Assembly (NCBI GenBank): GCA_963825615.1
Contig: CAWGTV010000002.1
Location: 29,520-93,519, forward strand
From: an uncultured delta proteobacterium
Lineage (GTDB): Bacteria > Desulfobacterota > Desulfuromonadia > Desulfuromonadales > BM103
DNA length: 64,000 nt
Direction: 5' to 3'
The position numbers were made by a program, and so were the translations under genes. Below the pieces are notes generated by a model. It was not told the DNA's origin. It was given only the letters and a program-made list of their open reading frames with translations, and did no database searches. Positions 39,126 to 49,987 of this stretch are shown piece by piece; position 1 is the stretch's first letter; the number at the start of each line of letters is the position of its first letter.

Positions 39126-42100
39126 TTAGCGAACAGTAGCGCCGAGCTCGACCCGGGCGCGATTGGCTGTTGTCGGTTCTGGTTCTGCCGTGATGTCGAG
39201 CTTCTTTAAAAAGATTCTTTCCTGAGCGATCTGGCCCTCTTCAATCAGGAAGTTCTGTACTGCCAGAGCCCGTGCCTGGGCGAGCTCGGAGAGATCGTCC
39301 TCGGTCACCTTGGTGCTGGCGTAGATCAATTTCTCCATTTCCGAGGGAGGCAGCTTTTTCGTCATGCCAATGAAATTGCGTGGTTTTGGGAAGTCGGCCT
39401 CACGGTAGGCTTCCCACAGGTAGTCCGGATATTCTTCGTCAGTGACGGTGATGTCTTCCTCTTTGGTGCCTTCCGGTACTTTATCCTCTTTTGCCAAATC
39501 GAGGTACTTGAGGTGCTTGATCTGCATGCTGAGCTGTTCTTTGCGGTAGCCTTCGGGATCATTCTCGGGATCGATAAACCCGCTGACTTCAACCTCGAGG
39601 GCTGGGCGGTCAATAAGCGCCTGCGCGAGCTGTTGCAGCTTGTTCTGTTCGGGACTGCCGAGTCGGGCAGATCCAGGCTCGAAAGTGACGCTGCTGAAGT
39701 CCTCATCGCCACCTCCGATCATCGCACCGAGCAGGGCGAATGGCGAGGTGGCCGCCTTGACAAGCAGATTCTTGATAATCGTCCAGACCACGCCGCTGAT
39801 GCTGAACTGCGGATCGTCGAGACTGCCGGTCACGGGAATATCCAGATGAATCTCGCCGTTGCGGTCCTTGAGCAGGGCGACGGCGAGCTTGACCGGCAGG
39901 CTGGTCGCTTTTTCGCTCTCGACTTTCTCGCCAAAGGTGAACTGGTCGAGGAACACTTCGTTCTTCGCCTTGAGCTCGGTCATCTTCGATGAAATAGTCG
40001 AGGGCCAGGTTGAGTTTGCCCTTTTCGATCAGGTAGCCGACATAGGTGCCTGAGTAGGGAGAGAGGGGACTCAGCTCGATATCGTTGAAGCTCAGCTTGA
40101 GGTCGAGGAACAGCTTTTCGGCCAGCGGGTTGACGGTGCCGGTGATCGCCAGTGGCGACTGGTTGCGCAGGCTGCCGCGCAGGTCAACCGTTGCCCGGGC
40201 ATCGACGGCCGAGGCGAGCCCTTCGATCCGCCCGCCCAGTTCACGCATGTCGGCGTGGAAAGGACGGGGAAGGTGCCGATCGGTGAAGTCGACCCGGCCA
40301 CCCTGCAGTATGACGGTGTCGATCCGGACATCTCCGGGGGGCGCTGCCGCTGCGGGGCTCTGTTCCAGCGACGCTTGTGCCGGTATCCTGTGCTTCTGTC
40401 TCTGTGCCCGCGCCAGGCGTTGCAGAGGACTCTTTGCGGAACGCCTCGACCAGGTTGAGCCGTGAGGCCTCATCGATCAGGACCTTGGCAAAATAGTCGC
40501 TGAGGGTTATCGACTTGACGTCTACAGAGAGGGGCACGGCCTGCGACTTCGATGCCGGCGATCTGCAGGCTGTCCCACTTCAACAGGTCTTCACGGTGCA
40601 GGCTGTCGAGGAGGTGAAATTTGCTGATACCGAGATCGCCGCCGAGAGATATTGCTACCGGTTCGGAGCCTGCAGACGATAGCACTTTTCAGGCGTGCAT
40701 CCAGGTAACCGTCGGCGAGAACCAGGTTCGCCTGCTCGGCCAGATAGGGTGCGAAGGGTGCCAGAGGAAGCCGCTTGAGCCGGGTCTCCAGGCGGACCGA
40801 TTTGCCGGCGAGGGAGGCGGTTCCCTTGATTGTGATCTGCCCCTTACGCTGGAATGTCGTTGAGAAAGTAAACGGACTCTCGACTTTTTCCGGTGCGGCC
40901 AGGTTGTTGAAGGTCAGGTTGAAATTGCTGGCCTCAAGCCTGACCGGGGTTGCCGGGAGATTGTCGACGACTTTGAACTCCCAGTTCTGTGCGGACAGTT
41001 CACCGATGCGGTAGCTGAAGGCCGGGCCTTCTTTGGCGGGTGCCGGCGCCGGTTGTTTATCCGGCGACTCGGTCAGCCCGGCCAGGAGCGGAAATTTCCT
41101 GGAGAGGAAAGACCACTCTCCGGCAGGGTTTCGGGAGAAATTGACCCGGCCGTTGACATAGCGTGCCGTGTCAACCTCGAGCCGGTTCTTGTTCAGGTCG
41201 AAGGAGAGTCCGGCAACGCTGACCAGGGACGCTCCCAGCCCCTCCTGCGTCGTTGAAGGCCATGTAAAGGTCCTGCCACTGGATCATGCCGTCGCTGATC
41301 AGCAGCGGCTGCTCGGGGTTGATCGTGAGATTTGCCTGGAGCCCGAGCCTTCCACCCAGCGGACCGGCATAGGTGCCGTGGTAATAGGGCTCATAGGCAT
41401 CCATTTGGAGGTTGCGCAGATCGGTTTGCAGCTGCAGGGTGAAAGGCTCGAGTTGGAACTGCCCGTTGACGGTCAGACTCTCGTCCCGGTCCGTTGCCAG
41501 GGAGAGGTTGAAAGGGATACCGCTTTGCGCAGCGAGGGCAAAATCCTTGACATCGATATTGATGTCCCGCGCCACACTTTTGAATTCTGTGGCCGGCAGA
41601 TGATCTGCAAAGACAAGAATCCCGTCACGGATTTCGATTGTGTCGATTTCAAGCTGGAAGGCTGACCCGCTCTGCTTCTGCTTCTGCTCGTCTTCTGCTG
41701 CCGGTTCTGCTCCGGCCGGGGCCATGCGGGCATGGTTCCAGCGCCCCTGGCGATCTCGGTTGAGCTGAACTTCCAGATTGTAGATGCGCAAAGCCGCAGA
41801 GGTGCAGCTGCTTCTCCAGGGGATGTGACGGGGCGATCTCGGCCCGCAGCAGCGGCAGGAAGAAGAGTTTCTCCTGCTGCCGGTCCCAGATGTCGAGGGA
41901 GGTCAGGTCAAGCTTGCCGCTCAACTCGAATTCGCCGCCCTTTTCTGACGAGATGCGGTACAAGGAGGTTCAGATCGAGGCTAAGTCTGCCGTTGCGCAG
42001 TTCAACCGGCATTTCGAGCGGGACGTAGCCTAGATAGAAGGGCAGGTCAATGTCATCGAGAACCAGAGCGGCCTGCATCTCCTGAGTGCTGCTGAAGGGC

Positions 42101-42730
42101 TTCAGTTGACCTTCGATGTTGATGGGGGAATCGTTGATGACGGCCCGAAACAACGGTTGTGCAGGGTTGTCGATCATGTAGGGGAGGTTGCCGATTATCG
42201 GCAGGACCAGCTGCAGATCGCTGATTCTGTGGTGAATCGGCTCGGCAAGGCTGCTGTCGATAAAATCGACCTGACCATTGCTGATCGACCAGGTTGCTTA
42301 CCGAGAAGCGCGCTGCTTCGCCGGGCGCTTCGTTCGGGGCCTCCTCAGTTTTCGCAGGGACCAGGTCGCTGAAGTTGAAAGTGTCGGCGGTCTTTCGTTC
42401 CAGGTTGATAACGGGACGATCAAGGCGCAATTCACTGATGACCGGAGCGCGATAAATAATCGATTTGGGGCTGAGTGAAACGCGCAACAGGTCCCAGGCA
42501 ACGAAACGTTGCGCATGGTCCTGTTCGCTTAAGCTCAGGTCGCGGATTTCGACAGTCAAGCTGAGCGGGTTGATGCTGACGGAGCCGATAGACAGCGCTC
42601 GCCCGGTCTCTGCGGCCACCCAGTCCTGTGCCTTTGTCACGAGGATGCCGGGCAGCAGCAGGGTGACAAAGAGCAGGGTCAGCAGAATGAGGCCAGCGCA
42701 GGCGAGAACTAAACGTTTCCAGGTAAACAT
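39126..42730 (-). pseudogene. DUF748/AsmA-like large envelope protein fragmented over at least 7 frame segments
   Basis: N-terminal TM anchor MFTWKRLVLACAGLILLTLLFV. DUF748-type repeats (IDTIEIRDGILVFADH, IDTVILQGGRVDFTDRH) and a conserved C-terminus lie in track ORFs 42053-42730, 41908-42177, 41649-41963, 41171-41791, 40470-40685, 39703-40473 and 39126-39983, which alternate between frames. Confidence 0.6.
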
Positions 42731-42808
42731 GGCTGCTTCCTTCAGGGAGATGATTCCTAAAGGCTAGCAGGAATGTCGTCAGACGCAATAGCCTGAAGAT
42801 GATTGGAA

Positions 42809-43250
42809 TTATAGCTGGTGACGATACTGTGCGGTGATTTCATCTTGTCGGCACAGCTTGGTATCCGCCGCCTGCTGGACGGTGTCTGGTTCAACCGGGG
42901 CGCAACCGGTGAAGGGTTGAGGCGTCGGAAGAGCAGTTTGCCGCTATGCTCCATGGTGGCGCACCCCGTTTCGGTCCACTGCTGGTCACTGCAGTTCATT
43001 TCGACGAAGAGAACCTGGTTGGTGTCGCGTTTCGACAAGGGCATGAGGACGCGCTTTTGCGTAGGGACAGATTTTATCCGTGGAGCGATAATTGCCGCTG
43101 GGTAAACGTTGTACGTCCTTCCGGTCGAGGAAAAAGGCTTGTGCTCCGGTGTCGCCGAGCAACGCCCAGCGTGGCTCTTCCATAGCGGCACAGCCTGTTA
43201 AGAGCAACACGTAAGAATCGTCCGACCCCCCCCAGCGTGTTATGCGCAAC
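42809..43250 (-). pseudogene. Small lipoprotein (surface-adhesin-E-like?), frameshifted
   Basis: Lipobox VLLLTGC. The segments AFFLDRKDVQRLPSGNY, LFVEMNCSDQQWTETG and APVEPDTVQQAADTKLC...* lie in three frames. C8 and C6 runs lie in the 5' part. The family call is weak. Confidence 0.3.
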
Positions 43251-43388
43251 TCCCCCCATTTGGACTTGGTTTGTTTTCAATAAGCGCGCACAGACTAAAG
43301 GATTAATGCCATTTTGAAAACAGGGCTGTCACGCACAGGCCACGTCATCAACGGGAGAATTCTCTTGACCGTATTCGAACAAGCGTTT

Positions 43389-43406
43389 AAATCATACGTA
43401 TGATTT
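43389..43406. promoter_or_regulatory. Perfect 18-bp palindrome, candidate TetR operator overlapping the promoter
   Basis: AAATCATACGTATGATTT lies directly after a TTGACC (43365-43370), 17 nt, TAAATC promoter-like sequence and about 40 nt upstream of the tetR ATG. Confidence 0.5.
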
Positions 43407-43445
43407 TATTCTACAGCCTTTTTGTCCGGGAGGTTGAGTGCGTCA

Positions 43446-44081
43446 ATGAGCCAGCCAGATACCAAGCAGAAAATCCTCGATGCCGCGGAGCATCTGTTCG
43501 CCAAAGACGGCTACCATGTCACTTCCCTGCGCGGCATAACGCAGAGTGCCGTGGTCAACCTGGCCGCGGTCAACTATCACTTTGGCAGCAAGGAGGCGCT
43601 CCTCGAGGCGGTCATCGAACGTCGCCTGGGCCCCCTCAACGCGGCACGCCTAGGCCAGCTTGAAAAGCTTCTGAAGCAAGCGGCAGATGCTGGAGTAAAG
43701 CCGACCTGCCGCGATGTCCTGCGGACATTTATCGAGCCCACCCTGCACCTGCGCAAGCAGGGCTCAGATACTGAGGATTATATCGCCCTGATCGGTAGGA
43801 CTCTTGCTGAGCCGCGCGGCGTGGCCATGTCGATCTTCATGCAGCAGATGGAGCCGCTGATGAATCGGTTGTTTCAGGCCTTGACCCTTGCCTTGCCCGG
43901 GTTGACACACCAGACCCTGTTCTGGCGAGTCCATTTTGCGATCGGTTCCTTAAGTCACATCATGCGGTGTCATGATCGTCATGCCATGGTGCCGGAGGGT
44001 CTCGATGTCGATCTGACGGTCGATGTTCTGATTGAACTTTTCCTTGATTATGCGACCGCCGGGATGGAGGCGATACAATGA
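43446..44081 (+). CDS. TetR/AcrR-family transcriptional regulator
   Basis: HTH region KILDAAEHLFAKDGYHVTSLRGITQSAVVNLAAVNYHFGSKEAL. The ATG at 43446 has a GGGAGG SD. The track ORF starts at TTG 43422. Confidence 0.85.
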   Translation: MSQPDTKQKILDAAEHLFAKDGYHVTSLRGITQSAVVNLAAVNYHFGSKEALLEAVIERRLGPLNAARLGQLEKLLKQAADAGVKPTCRDVLRTFIEPTLHLRKQGSDTEDYIALIGRTLAEPRGVAMSIFMQQMEPLMNRLFQALTLALPGLTHQTLFWRVHFAIGSLSHIMRCHDRHAMVPEGLDVDLTVDVLIELFLDYATAGMEAIQ

Positions 44082-45493
44082 TGCTGAGCCTTGCTGTTCT
44101 TGTCGTGATGCTCCTCTCCGGCTGCTCGCTCCACCAGCCGGCGAAGGTCGAGCTGCCAGTGGACGTGCCGCCGGCATACCTCGAAAACCAGTCTACCGAT
44201 GTGCCCGGCTTGCCGGTCGACCAGTGGTGGCTGGCCTTCAACGATGAGCATCTTGACCTGTTGATGGACGAACTCTTCGCTCATAACCTTGATCTGACCC
44301 AGGCGATTGCGCGCCTGGAGCAGGTCGAGGCGTCCTTCAGGATCACGCGCAGCGCCCAGTCGCCGTCCCTTTCCGCTGGCGGAAGCGTAAGTCGTTCCAA
44401 ACAACCTGGCCTGATCGATGATTATATCGGCGACAATTATCAACTGTCGCTGGCCGCCGGTTTCGAGCTTGACCTCTGGGGGAAACTGGCCGCCCTGAGC
44501 AGGGCGGCCAGCCAGGAGCTGGTTGCCAGCCAGCAGGATGTCCAGACCCTTTACCTGGGACTGTCGGCACGCTTGGCCGATCTCTACTTCCTCGCTGTTG
44601 AGCAGCGGTCCCAGCTGGTCTTGACCGACCAAGTGATAGCCTCCTTCTCGGATACGGCCGCGCGGGTCGAAAACCGCTATCGCAGGGGGTTGGTTCCGGC
44701 TGTTGACATGTACCAGGCGCGCCAGAACCTGGCCGCAGCAAAGGCGGCTAGACCGGTCTTCGCGGCCCGTCTGGCCGAAGCCGAGCATGCCATTGGTGTC
44801 CTGCTCGGGCGCTATCCCGAGCGTCTGTCCGGGGACAATCCCATCCAGGTGCCTGCCGCCCCGGTGCTCTTTGCAGTCGGCATCCCGGCCGGCCTGGTCA
44901 GTCAGCGCCCGGATTTGCAGGCGGCGTTGCAGCGGGTTGCCGCGGCCGACGCCAGGGTTGCCGCGGCGATTGCCGATCGGTTCCCATCCATCAACCTTTC
45001 CGGCAATTACGGCACCCTGCGTCAGGAGGTCGCGGCCGGCTTGATCAAAGGAGAATTCTGGAGCCTGCTCGGCAACCTGGCGTTGCCGGTGATTGATGGC
45101 GGCCGGCGGCGTGCCGAGGTCGACCGGAAAGAGGCTGCGCTGCGCGAAGCTGTCGCTGCCTATCAACAGAAGGTTCTCTCGGCTTTTCAGGAAGTCGAGG
45201 ACGCCCTAGTCAACAATTACGCCAGCGCCCAACGCATTGACCTTTTGGCCGAAACGGCACGGGCCACCGGGGCCAGCCTGCGCTTGTCGACGGATCGATA
45301 TCTCGCCGGTTTGGATGACTACCTCCCCGTGTTGACTGCCCAGCGTGTTGATGCCGATACGCGCAGCCGTCTGATTGCAGCGCAGCGACAACTGCTCGCT
45401 GATCGCATCAGCCTGGCGCGGGCGCTGGGGGGAGGCTGGATGCAGGACCAAATGAATGCCCGTGTGCAGATTGAAAAGGATAAGCATCAATGA
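44078..45493 (+). CDS. RND efflux outer-membrane factor lipoprotein (NodT family)
   Basis: Lipobox LLSGC and two TolC-like repeats. It overlaps the tetR stop. Confidence 0.85.
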   Translation: MMLSLAVLVVMLLSGCSLHQPAKVELPVDVPPAYLENQSTDVPGLPVDQWWLAFNDEHLDLLMDELFAHNLDLTQAIARLEQVEASFRITRSAQSPSLSAGGSVSRSKQPGLIDDYIGDNYQLSLAAGFELDLWGKLAALSRAASQELVASQQDVQTLYLGLSARLADLYFLAVEQRSQLVLTDQVIASFSDTAARVENRYRRGLVPAVDMYQARQNLAAAKAARPVFAARLAEAEHAIGVLLGRYPERLSGDNPIQVPAAPVLFAVGIPAGLVSQRPDLQAALQRVAAADARVAAAIADRFPSINLSGNYGTLRQEVAAGLIKGEFWSLLGNLALPVIDGGRRRAEVDRKEAALREAVAAYQQKVLSAFQEVEDALVNNYASAQRIDLLAETARATGASLRLSTDRYLAGLDDYLPVLTAQRVDADTRSRLIAAQRQLLADRISLARALGGGWMQDQMNARVQIEKDKHQ

Positions 45494-46662
45494 AAATCAA
45501 GAAAGCCATACTGCCGCTGCTGGTCATCCTCATCGCCCTGGGCCTGACCCTGGCCCTGATCAAATCGCGCAAGGCGCCCAAACCCCACGAAGCGCCGCAC
45601 CTCGGGCCACTGGTCGAAGTGGTGGAGGCGGTCAATACTGTGCGACCGGTAATCGTCAGCGGAACCGGTACGGTCCAGCCACGCTACGAGGTCAGCATAA
45701 CCCCGCAGGTCAAGGGCCGGGTCAGCGAGATCTCACCACAGATGGTTGCCGGTGGCGTGCTGCGCAAGGGCGAGCTGCTCTTCGCTATCGAGGATATCGA
45801 CTATCGCCTGGCGATCGATCTGGCAAAAGCCAGCCTGGCCCAGGCGGAACTGGAACTGCTGCGCAACGAAAACCAGGCCGATGTGGCCCGCAATGAATGG
45901 CAGGCCTTGAAGTCGTCGGGAGATGCCGAACCCAATCCGCTGGTTGTCTACGAACCGCAGTTGAACAGTGCCCGAGCCCAGCGTGACGCCGCCTTGGCCA
46001 ATGTCAGGCAGGCGGAAATCAATCTTCAGCGGACCAGGATTTTTGCACCGTTCAACTGCTACGTTCGCAGTGAGCAGGTTGAGATCGGCCAGTTCCTCAA
46101 TGCCGGCTCACCGGTTGCGACGATTGTCGGCACCGACCAGGCGGAGATTGTCGTGCCGCTGCCGCTCGACGAGCTCGCTTGGCTCCAGGTGCCACGCAAT
46201 GGAGCAGCGCAGCTGGGTTCTCCCGCACAGATTGAACTGCAATCCGGTGCACGGACATACCACTGGCAGGGTGCCATAACCCGGGCTCTCGGTGAGATTG
46301 ACCCGCGTAGCCGCATGGCCCGGGTCGTGGTCACGGTTGCCGATCCCATCTCTGCGGGGAGTCCCGCTCGGAGTCTGCTCAATGAGCTCTTGCCGGGAAT
46401 GTTTGTCGAGGTCAAGCTGCAGGGTGAAGAGCTGGTCGATGTCATCCCGGTGCCGCGTGGCGCGTTGCATGACAACGATACCGTCTGGGTTGTCGACCAG
46501 GAAAACCACCTGCATATGCGTACAGTCGATATCGTCCGCCGCGAGCGCGACGTGGTCCTGGTCCGGTCCGGTCTGCAGGCCGGAGAAATGGTCGTCATGA
46601 CCAGCCTGTCCGGTGCCGCGGAAGGGATGCTGCTGCGGCCGCAGCCGAGGGAGGCCCAGTAA
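45490..46662 (+). CDS. RND efflux periplasmic adaptor (MFP/HlyD family)
   Basis: 390 aa with an N-terminal TM, coiled-coil hairpin and beta-barrel. Its start overlaps the OMF stop. Confidence 0.85.
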   Translation: MKIKKAILPLLVILIALGLTLALIKSRKAPKPHEAPHLGPLVEVVEAVNTVRPVIVSGTGTVQPRYEVSITPQVKGRVSEISPQMVAGGVLRKGELLFAIEDIDYRLAIDLAKASLAQAELELLRNENQADVARNEWQALKSSGDAEPNPLVVYEPQLNSARAQRDAALANVRQAEINLQRTRIFAPFNCYVRSEQVEIGQFLNAGSPVATIVGTDQAEIVVPLPLDELAWLQVPRNGAAQLGSPAQIELQSGARTYHWQGAITRALGEIDPRSRMARVVVTVADPISAGSPARSLLNELLPGMFVEVKLQGEELVDVIPVPRGALHDNDTVWVVDQENHLHMRTVDIVRRERDVVLVRSGLQAGEMVVMTSLSGAAEGMLLRPQPREAQ

Positions 46663-49600
46663 TGAACGGCGCAATTCGCTGGATGGCGGAGAATCACGTC
46701 GCCGCCAACCTGCTGATGCTGGTGCTGATCGTCGGCGGCCTGATCCTCGGCTCCAACGTCAAGCAGGAAGTTTTCCCGGACGTGACCCTTGACCGGATCC
46801 AGGTCTCGGTCGCCTACCCAGGTGCAGGCCCGGAGGAGGTCGAAGAAGGTGTGATCCTCAAGATCGAGGAGAACCTGACCGGAGTGGATGGCATCAAGCA
46901 GGTCAAGTCGGTGGCCGCCGAAGGGTATGGTGTCGTTACCGCCGAGATCATGACCGACGCGGACATCGACCTGGTCCTGCAGGATATCAAGAGCGAAGTC
47001 GACCGCATCACCACTTTCCCACAGGACGCTGAAAAGCCGGTAGTCAGCAAGCTGCTCAACCGGCGCGAAGTGATTTCGGTGGTGGTCTACGGCAAACTGC
47101 CGGAACGCAGCCTGCGTGAACTTGCCGAGCAGGTCCGCGACGAGTTGCTGCTGGAACCGGGTATCACCCAGGTTGACCTGAGCGGCGTCCGCCCCTATGA
47201 AATTTCCATCGAGATCAATGAAACCAACCTGCGCCGCTACGGCCTGACCTTTGACCAGATCGCCCAGCGGGTGCGCCAGGCGTCCCTCGACCTGCCCGGC
47301 GGGACGATTAAAACCGGCTCCGGCGAGATCCTGGTCAGAACCAAGGAGCGCCGCTATGTCGGCCACGAATACGCCAGCATCGTCATCCTGACCACGGTGG
47401 ACGGCACGGAAGTCACCCTCGGCGACGTCGCGACCATCAAGGACAGTTTCGAGGAGACCGACCAGTTCGGCCTCTTCGACGGCCTGCCGGCTGCCATGAC
47501 CAAGGTCTATCGCGTCGGCGACCAGAAACCGACGGAGATTTCCGATGCCGTCAAAAGGTTTGTCGAGGTCAAGCGGCGGCAACTGCCGGCATCGGTCGAC
47601 CTGGCCACCTGGAACGACAACTCGGAGCTGTTCAAAAGCCGCAAGGACCTGCTCACCAGGAATGCCATGCTCGGTCTGGTGCTGGTCTTTATCACCCTCG
47701 GGCTGTTCCTGGAAATCCGCCTGGCCCTGTGGGTCATGCTCGGCATTCCCATCTCTTTTTGCGGAGCGCTGCTGTTCATGCCGGCGATCGGTGTCTCGAT
47801 CAACATGATCTCGCTGTTTGCCTTCATCATGGCGCTCGGCATCGTGGTTGATGATGCGATTGTCGTCGGCGAGAACGTGTACGAGCAGCGCCAGTCGGGT
47901 AAGCCGTATCTGCAGGCGGCAGTTGATGGCACCATCGAGGTCGCCCAACCGGTCGTCTTTGCCGTACTGACCTCGGTCACGGCCTTTCTGCCGCTGCTCT
48001 TTACCAGCGGCATTATGGGCAAGTTCATCCTGGTGATCCCGGCGATCGTCATTACGGTCCTGCTGGTGTCGCTGGTGGAATGCCTGTTCATCCTTCCCGC
48101 ACACCTGGCGATCGGCCAACGGACGCAGGCTCCCGGCCGATTCCTGGCCAGCCTCGAGAGGAACCGGCAACGTTTCGGCAAGCTTCTGCAGCGCTTTATC
48201 GACGGTCCTTACCGCAAAGGCCTGGCTCTCTGCCTCCGCCATCGCTACATGACCGTAGCGGTTGCCCTTGCCGTTCTGCTGCTGGCCGGGGTTGGACTGG
48301 TCGGCGGCGGAGTCGTCAAGTTCCGCTTCATGCCCGATGTCGATGCCGACGTCATCCAGGTCGCTCTTGAGCTGGCGCCCGGCAGCCCGGTGGCCATGAC
48401 CACACAGATCCAGGAGCAGATCGTCAACGCGGGCCTCGCTGTGGTGGCCGAGTACGACCGCGATCGCCCGGAAAGGGATTCGGTGCTGCGTCACGTCTTT
48501 GCGAACGTTGGTTCGTCTATCGCCGACCGCGGCCCTGCCGGGTCCTTCTCCAGTTCCGGTGGCAACCTCGCCAGCATCTCGATGTTTCTGACGCCGAGTG
48601 AATCGCGCGGTGTGCCGGCGAGCGAGATCGCCAACCGCTGGCGGGAGCGGGTCGGGGAGGTCGTCGGGGTGGAAACCCTGACCTTCACCTCGAACCTGAT
48701 TCATCTGGGTGCCAATATCGACGTGCAGCTGGCCCACGAGGATTTTGCGGTTCTGGATGAGGCGGCAGAGCGTCTCAAGGAGATCATCGCCACCTATCCG
48801 GGCACGGGCGACATCGCCGATAACTACACACTCGGCAAGCGGGAGGTCAAAGTCCGCCTGAAAGCTGAAGCCCGCACTCTGGGGATTACCGAAGAGGATC
48901 TGGGCCGCCAGCTGCGCGGTGCCTTCTACGGGGCCGAAGCCCTGCGCCTGCAGCGCGGCCGCAATGAAGTCAAGGTCTTGGTCCGCTACCCGGAGGAGAG
49001 CCGACAACGTTTCTGGGATCTGGAAAACCTGCGTATCCATGTGCCTAGCGGCGGGGAGATCCCCCTCGATCGGGCGGCGACCCTGGCCGAAAGCCGTGGC
49101 TTCAGCAAGATCAACCGCACCGACCGCAAGCGCGTCATCAATGTGACGGCGACTGTGGACAGTCATGTCGCCAACGCCGAAGAGATCGTCGCCGAACTCA
49201 AGTCGGATGCTTTACCGAAACTGATGGCTGATTATCCCGGTTTGAGCTATGACATGGAAGGGGAGGACAAGAACCGGCGGGAATCGATGGCGAGCATGTT
49301 TACCGGTTTCAAGCTGGTGCTGATCGTCATCTTCGCCCTGCTGGCGATCCCGTTCCGCAGTTACTCCCAGCCGCTGCTGATCATGGTGGCGATTCCCTTC
49401 GGCATCGTCGGGGCGATCCTCGGGCACTTTTTGATGGGCTATGACTTGAGCATCCTCAGCATGTTCGGTATCGTGGCCTTGACCGGCGTGGTCGTCAACG
49501 ATTCCTTGCTGCTGATCGATTATGTCAATCGTGCGCGGCGCCAGGGTCAGCCTCTGCACGATGCTCTCATGGAGGCAGGGCAAAGGCGCTTCCGGCCGAT

Positions 49601-49832
49601 TCTGCTGACCTCCCTGACCACTTTCTTCGGGCTGATGCCGATGATCCTGGAGACCAGCGTCCAGGCCCAGTTCCTGGTGCCGATGGCGATCAGCCTTGCT
49701 TTCGGCATTCTCTTTGCCACCGGTATCACGCTCCTGCTGATCCCCTCTCTTTACCTGGTGCTCGAAGATGTGCGGCTGTTGATCGGCCTGTCACCCAGCC
49801 ACGCCGATCATCATCACGAGCCGGGCAGTTGA
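46662..49832 (+). CDS. RND efflux permease (AcrB/HAE family)
   Basis: 1056 aa with the typical AcrB topology and motifs (e.g. ALGIVVDDAIVVGEN). Its start overlaps the MFP stop. Confidence 0.9.
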   Translation: MNGAIRWMAENHVAANLLMLVLIVGGLILGSNVKQEVFPDVTLDRIQVSVAYPGAGPEEVEEGVILKIEENLTGVDGIKQVKSVAAEGYGVVTAEIMTDADIDLVLQDIKSEVDRITTFPQDAEKPVVSKLLNRREVISVVVYGKLPERSLRELAEQVRDELLLEPGITQVDLSGVRPYEISIEINETNLRRYGLTFDQIAQRVRQASLDLPGGTIKTGSGEILVRTKERRYVGHEYASIVILTTVDGTEVTLGDVATIKDSFEETDQFGLFDGLPAAMTKVYRVGDQKPTEISDAVKRFVEVKRRQLPASVDLATWNDNSELFKSRKDLLTRNAMLGLVLVFITLGLFLEIRLALWVMLGIPISFCGALLFMPAIGVSINMISLFAFIMALGIVVDDAIVVGENVYEQRQSGKPYLQAAVDGTIEVAQPVVFAVLTSVTAFLPLLFTSGIMGKFILVIPAIVITVLLVSLVECLFILPAHLAIGQRTQAPGRFLASLERNRQRFGKLLQRFIDGPYRKGLALCLRHRYMTVAVALAVLLLAGVGLVGGGVVKFRFMPDVDADVIQVALELAPGSPVAMTTQIQEQIVNAGLAVVAEYDRDRPERDSVLRHVFANVGSSIADRGPAGSFSSSGGNLASISMFLTPSESRGVPASEIANRWRERVGEVVGVETLTFTSNLIHLGANIDVQLAHEDFAVLDEAAERLKEIIATYPGTGDIADNYTLGKREVKVRLKAEARTLGITEEDLGRQLRGAFYGAEALRLQRGRNEVKVLVRYPEESRQRFWDLENLRIHVPSGGEIPLDRAATLAESRGFSKINRTDRKRVINVTATVDSHVANAEEIVAELKSDALPKLMADYPGLSYDMEGEDKNRRESMASMFTGFKLVLIVIFALLAIPFRSYSQPLLIMVAIPFGIVGAILGHFLMGYDLSILSMFGIVALTGVVVNDSLLLIDYVNRARRQGQPLHDALMEAGQRRFRPILLTSLTTFFGLMPMILETSVQAQFLVPMAISLAFGILFATGITLLLIPSLYLVLEDVRLLIGLSPSHADHHHEPGS

Positions 49833-49856
49833 ACCGTAATCTGCCATTTTAATCCT

Positions 49857-49885
49857 CGCGACGGCGGCCGCGGGCTGCCGTCGCG
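49857..49885 (+). terminator. GC hairpin after the RND operon (weak U-tract)
   Basis: CGCGACGGC, an 11-nt loop, GCCGTCGCG, then TTCCGTTCTT. Confidence 0.35.
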
Positions 49886-49987
49886 TTCCGTTCTTGAAAA
49901 ATTCCAGCGTATATCGTTTAATGCTCCGTTGTTTTATTAAAATCTGGGTCTGCAGTCGTCAAGGACTCAGGGTAAAAAGGCAGGTTT

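Noticed and set aside
46059-49166. Very long antisense ORFs: a 1035-aa ORF opposite the RND permease, and also 44048-45166, 21201-22331, 24356-25402, 9937-10851, 3109-4278 and 57661-58383.
   Set aside because: These are shadow ORFs typical of GC-rich DNA. Each lies opposite a gene with unambiguous family motifs, and their translations are low-complexity and Arg/Gly/Pro/Ala-rich with no recognisable domains.
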